NCBI GenBank assembly: GCA_043228905.1
Contig: JBHGNT010000009.1
Coordinates: 13,826,001 to 13,890,000, forward strand
From: Azolla caroliniana
Taxonomy: Eukaryota; Plantae; Polypodiophyta
DNA length: 64,000 nt
Reading direction: 5' to 3'
The notes beneath the pieces were generated by a model. That model had not been told where the DNA came from, ran no database searches, and saw only the letters and a program-made list of their open reading frames with translations. The translations under genes were made by a program, and so were the position numbers. How positions within the stretch are numbered: position 1 is the stretch's first letter; every line of letters begins with the position of its first letter. Of the stretch, positions 58,284 through 64,000 are shown piece after piece.

Positions 58284-61200
58284 TGAAAAGAATGGCATGC
58301 AGAACCAATATAGGAAACCGAACAACAGAAAACGCAGGTTTAATGGAAAGCTGAGGTTTGCACAGTACGCACGGGAGAGACAGAGAGAGAGAGAGAGTAA
58401 ACACAAGAACTTAATTCAAAAATAATACTTGATCTGTACATAGGATGTGCTCAATGAGCACTTTTATACAAGCCCTGACAATCGGGCTGACACAAGTATT
58501 GACAGTACTTGACTGCTCATAAATGAGCCTCGACACTCACTCCCAAAATTATTCCTTACGAGGAATATCTCTCTAACGGCCTTTCGGTTTACGCACCAAT
58601 ACGGCCTCTCGTTATGCACCGGTTTGCATATCGTTTACGCATCTATTTTACGCATTGATACAACTATGTTATGCGTACCGATTTACGCATCAGTCCGGCC
58701 TAACTGATCGATCCCAACCGATCCGGCCGATGTTGAGCTTGTCTCTCAACACTCCCCCTCAAGCTCAACTTGAGGCTCTTCAGGATCTTCCAGATCACCG
58801 CTCCGGTTCCTCTTGGCTCCATGCCTCGCTCACGCTCCTCGGCTTGTTCGACTCCGCGCGCTTCGACCTTTCTGGTCGGCTTGTCTGCTCCCACGGCCCT
58901 TCACAGCTCCCTTGTTGTCGTAGTGTTGGCGTTTCTCTTGCTGCCTTCTTTTCCGCTTGGCCCTCGGTTGATTCAGTGTATCCGAATCAAACATCCGAAC
59001 CGACTCGGCTACCTCCGATCGGTTTTCGCTCTCGTCCGAGTTGGTTGTCTCCAACTCATCTTCGGTCTTCTCGCCCTTGATGGCATCATCTCCCCCATGC
59101 TTGGTTGACTTCGGCTCTTCCTTTTGGTTGCTCCCCTTATGTCCGTTTCCGGAATCTTCTGGGGGTCCGCGCTCAGCTTCTTCAGTCGATCCGAAATTGA
59201 ATTCATCATCCGACTCAGCATCGCGGTCTTCTCTCCCCCTTCCGTGGTCATTCGGGACATCTCTCCCCCTCAAGTTTGGCACATCAAGGTGACGCAACCC
59301 AAGCGCACCCGAGAATTGCTGCAACTTGTCCAGTCTAAGAGGCTTGGTGAAGATGTCGGCGGTCTGCCGATCCGTCGGACATACTGAAGTTCGACTTCAC
59401 CGAGGAGAACACGCTCACGGACGAAATGGTAGTGCACCTCAATGTGCTTGGTCCGTGCGTGGAAAACGGGGTTCTTCATGAGCTGGATGCTGCTGATGTT
59501 GTCGCAGTAGATAGTCGTTGGATCTGACACCTCCACCTACAGATCCTTAAGTAGCCGCTTCAACCATATGGCTTCGCATGTCGCGACAACCGCTCCTCTA
59601 TACTCGGCTTCGGTGCTCGACAACGCAACTGTCGGCTGCTTCTTGCTACTCCACGCTATCGCGACACTCCCAAGAGAGAACGCGTATCCGGACGTGGATT
59701 GGTGATCGGCGGCGTTGCTAGCCCAATCAACATCGGTGTAGCCGACCAACTGCGAGGCTATACTGGTCCCATATAGCAACCCCCGGTCCTTAGTGCCACT
59801 GACGTACCGGAGTACGCGTTGTGCGCACTGAAGGTGTTCTTCGGTCGGTCGCGCCATGAACTGACTAATCACCCCGACCGAGTAGCTGAGATCTGGTCAG
59901 GTGATGGTCAAGTATATAAGGCTGCCGACTATCTGTTGGAACCTCGTCGGGTCGCATACCTTATCGGACTCGGGGCGAAGCTTGACGGTTTGATCCAGAG
60001 GAGTCGAGACGGACTTACAGTCTGTCATCCCTAATTTGAAGAGCATATTCAGCGCGTAATGACGTTGGCTGATTAGTATGCCTTCGGGGGTGCGGATCAC
60101 TTCGATCCCGAGGAAGTAATGAAGGTCCCCTAGATCCTTCATGTCGAATGATGCCGCAAGTTGGAGCTTCACGCGGTCAATTTCACCTAGGTCGGCACCG
60201 GTGATGACCAAGTCATCAACATATAGTAAAATACTGACCGGACCGAGTTGACCTTTCCAGATGAACAGGGAAGAGTCCGATTTTGACGTTGCAAAGCCCA
60301 TCCGACGTAGTTGTTGCGCGATCTTCGCGTTCCAGGCATGCGGGGCTTGCTTCAGTCCGTAAAGGGACTTCTTCAATCGGCACACTGCCGATGTGTTCAT
60401 TCCGGAGTGAAATCCGGGGGGCTGTACCACGTACACTTGTTCCTCAAGCTCACCTTGCAGGAACACATTCTTTACATCCATCTGATGTAAGTGCCACCCC
60501 TTTGCCGCAACTACCGCGAGCAAAACACGGACGGTCGTCATCTTCGCGACTGGCGCAAACGTCTCATCGTAGTCGATGTCGTGTTTCTACACGTAGCCTT
60601 TTGCCACTAACCGGGCCTTGTATCGGTTGACCGAGCCGTCGGTGTTGTACTTGACCTTGTACACCCACCTACATCCGATTGGCCTCACACCCTTCGGTGC
60701 ATCAACAAGGTCCCAAGTCTCGTTTTCCGCCAATGCGTGCATCTCTTCCTCCATCACGGCACGCCAGTTCGCGTCTTTAGCCGCTTCTGCGTAGCTCTCC
60801 GGCTCACGCACTTCCGCTACACGGGTCATGTACGCATAATGATGCGCCATGTACTCGTTGTATCCGAACCGCACAATTGGGTTCTTCTGGCGGGTAGATC
60901 GGCATAATCGGTCATTAGCCGATGTCGAGGTCTTCTCGGCCGACACGGACTTCGCTCTTGGAGACCCGCCACCGCTTCCCTCGGAGTCGGACTTGCGTCG
61001 GTCTAACTCGTTCCTATCCGTGCCGAAATCCGACACCTTCTTCTTCCCTTTCTCTTTGTGCGTAAGCCGTCTCCTCGGCTTCCTGCGCGGGGAATGCACG
61101 ACCGAGTCTCCACTATTCGCCGGCTCTTCATCGGACTGGTCGAATCGACAAAGTCGTCCATTCGGTCCACTTAATCGAAACGAAATCAGACTCTCTTTGC

Positions 61201-64000
61201 GGGTCCCGATTTCAGGCTCATCTGGACACATCTCGGCCTCGCTGACCTCATCATAAGAACTCGGATTGGAGGTGAGGTCCGGAGTTGGAGGCAAGTACCA
61301 GGACACGGACTCGTCAAACACAACGTCGCGGCTCACGCGCACTTGTTTGGTGCGTGGGTAATAACACTTATAACCCTTCTGCTCGTCCGAGTAACCGACC
61401 AAGATACATTTCTCGGCCTTTGCGTCCAGCTTCCTCCGTTTCTCCTTCGGCACATGCACATACGCAATGTTACCGAAAACTCTCAAGTGTCGTAAATTCG
61501 GCTTCCTTCCGAAATATAGCTCATGCGCCGACACTTTGTCTCCGATCCGGTTCTGGATGTATACCGTGGTCCTTACCGCCTCGGCCCAGTAGAACTTGGG
61601 CAAGCTCTTTTCTTCTAGCATTGCTCGTGCCGCTTCCACAACTGACCGATTTTTCCTCTTGGCCACACCGTTTTGCTCCGGCATGTATCTACAACCAAAT
61701 TCGCGCCGAATTCCCATCTGTTGTAGATAACTGTTGAATTGACCGGAAAAGTATTCTTTTCCGCCATCCGACCGCAGGCACTTGATCTTTCTTCCTGTTT
61801 CCGTTTCCACGAACCCTTTGAGATCCCGTAAATAGTCGAAGACTTCGCTCTTCCTCTCAATGAGGTAGATCCACGTGTGCCGCGTGTAGTCATCGATGAA
61901 GGAGACGAAATATCGGCTCCCACCAAGACTAACGTTTTGTGCCGCCCCCCACACATCAGAGTGTATCAAGTCGAGCTTGTTTCGGCTCCGGTTACGCTCG
62001 TTGGGGAAAGGAAGTCAGTGGTTCTTCCCAAGCTGGCAGGCTTCACAAATTTGTGCCTTCCGGCCACTAAATTTAGGCAATCCGAACACCACCTGTTTTG
62101 ATTGCAGGTCCTGAAGCCATTGATAGTTGACGTGGCCTATCCGCTTGTGCCATAAGTCGATGTCCGACTCGACTTTTTGTCCCTTCGCGAACATTGCGGT
62201 GCCACCGTTAGTAGAGTCGAGGATGAACATCCTCCCGTCTCTGCGCCCTTGCGCAATAACTCAGCCTTCTTCCTCAATGAAGCACCCGAGGTGTGTAAAC
62301 TGAACCTACATCCCCTGGTCGACGATCGGCCCGACCGACACTAGATTCTTCGTGATTGTCAGGACGTGTAGCACATTCATAAGTTTCCCTTTCTACCCGA
62401 CATGGCTCAAGGGAACTTCACCGACATTCGCGATCAGATGCGGAGTGTCGTCTCCGGTTACGACTACTCCTGGTTGCGTCGGTTTCTCAAGGTATGAGAA
62501 CCATTCCTCATGGCACGTCATGTGGTTTGACGCGCCGGAGTCGACGTACCACACCTCCTCCGACTTCGGGGTGATCTGCTTCATTGAGTTTGCTTCGTGT
62601 CTCGTCACGAAGACTGACCCTTTTCCGGCTTCTCCGGATCCTTCGGCGTAGTGCGATCGTTGCCGATTTCCTTTGTCGGTCTGTCTGGAACCTGTTCCAG
62701 ACCTGGTTCTCTCCGACTCGGCGCACTTTTTCCAGCACTCACTCTCCATGTGGCCTTTCTTGCCACAGTACTAGCATTCCGCGGCGGATTTCCCTTGCCG
62801 GTTCTCGTCGTCTCGACTCCCCCTGTTTCCGGAGGGTCCGGAGTTGTTGTCGGCATCACTTCGGTGCCTTCTTCCTTGATCCCATCGGCTGCCTCCATTG
62901 CGTACCGACTCGCCTCGTCCGCCACAGCCACGGGGCCTCCTCCCTCCATGTACAACATCTTGCTATCGGCATGCGTGCTTGTCGACGCACCCGTGTGGTT
63001 CTCCTCTATAAGGAGCATCGACTATAAGTCGAAAAACGATGGCGTATTCTCCCGTGTACACACAACAGTTCGGAACGCTCCGAACTTTGACGCCAAACCC
63101 CCGAGATAGACCTGAACCATCTCGCTTTCCTCGATGTTCACATCGATGGAAGCTAAGGAGTCGCATATGTCCTTGATCTTCGAGGTATAGTCAACCACCG
63201 ACAAATCGCATTGTCGTAGGTTGCTCAACTCCTGTCGGAGCTGAAGATTCCTGGCTGTGGTGCTCGCGGCGAAGATCTTCTTCAGATTTTCCCACGCACC
63301 CTTCGGCATTTTTGCATCCCGAACATAGCTTAATAGTTGTTCGCCCACACAAGATGCGAAACAGTACAACACTCTACTCGCCGATTGTTCCCACGCCGAG
63401 AACTCTTTGTGTGTCGAATCGGGTGCTATGTCATTTGCTCCATCGACATGGCTCTAGTAACCGTGTCCAAGCAGGTACTGGTGCATCTTGTAAGACCATG
63501 ATGCGTAGTCGGTTCTGTCGAGCTTCTCCGTCGGAAGCGAGCTAGCCATTCCTCTGTCCATCAGTTTTCTTGTTCTTCTTCATTGATTTTTCCTTCAAGC
63601 AAAGTTGATTACAGAGTTTCTCAACCCTTACACTTTGATACCATGAAAAGAATGGCGTGCGGAAGCAATATAGGAAACTGAACAATAGAAAACGCAGGTT
63701 TAATGGAAAGCTGAGGTTTGCACAGTACGCACGGGAGAGATAGAGAGAGAGAGAGTAAACACAAGAACTTAATTCAAAAATAATACTCAATCTGTACATA
63801 GGATGTGCTTAGTGAGCACTTTTATACAAGCCCTGACAATCGGGTTGACACAAGTACTGACAATACTTGACTGCTCATAAATGAGCCTCGACACTCACTC
63901 CCAAAATTATTCCTTACGAGGAATATCTCTCTAACGGCCTTTCGGTTTACGCACCGATACGACCTCTCGTTACACACCGGTTTGCGTATCGTTTACGCAT
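58284..64000 (-). mobile_element. Near full-length, decayed Ty1/copia (3' LTR 58284-58751; 5' LTR from 63644 runs off window)
   Basis: Both LTRs start tgaaaagaatggc and are several percent diverged; PBS 63632-63643; PPT 58752-58760; gag, DSGAS, integrase, YVDD and RNase H are split by stops and frameshifts. Confidence 0.95.

Overview
Eukaryotic nuclear DNA from a TE-rich land-plant genome. A fern or lycophyte is my inference from the TE types and intron size; the sequence does not prove it. The only clear host gene is a 5-exon, minus-strand clade-B AHL gene (two AT-hooks plus a PPC/DUF296 domain, 43482-54222) with a 9-kb TE-filled intron. The rest is nested transposable elements: two young, structurally intact Ty1/copia elements with TSDs (24838-30309 and 30947-36338), an older copia (58284 to window end), many copia and gypsy fragments and LTRs, and RTE/RTEX-like and L1-like LINE pieces. 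The strongest candidate for an undescribed system is a ~9.4-kb DNA transposon remnant (~19060-39310 once both copias are removed). It carries a DFAENY-type (Sola2-like) transposase and a convergent spliced cargo gene with a RING-like finger and an FCP1/NIF-like pseudo-phosphatase domain. Both genes have introns packed with the palindrome TAGCTAATTAGCTA. A second oddity is a ~2.4-kb module in the AHL intron that joins a 28S rRNA 3' fragment to satellite arrays between 140-bp direct repeats. Family assignments come from motif recognition only; no searches were run.
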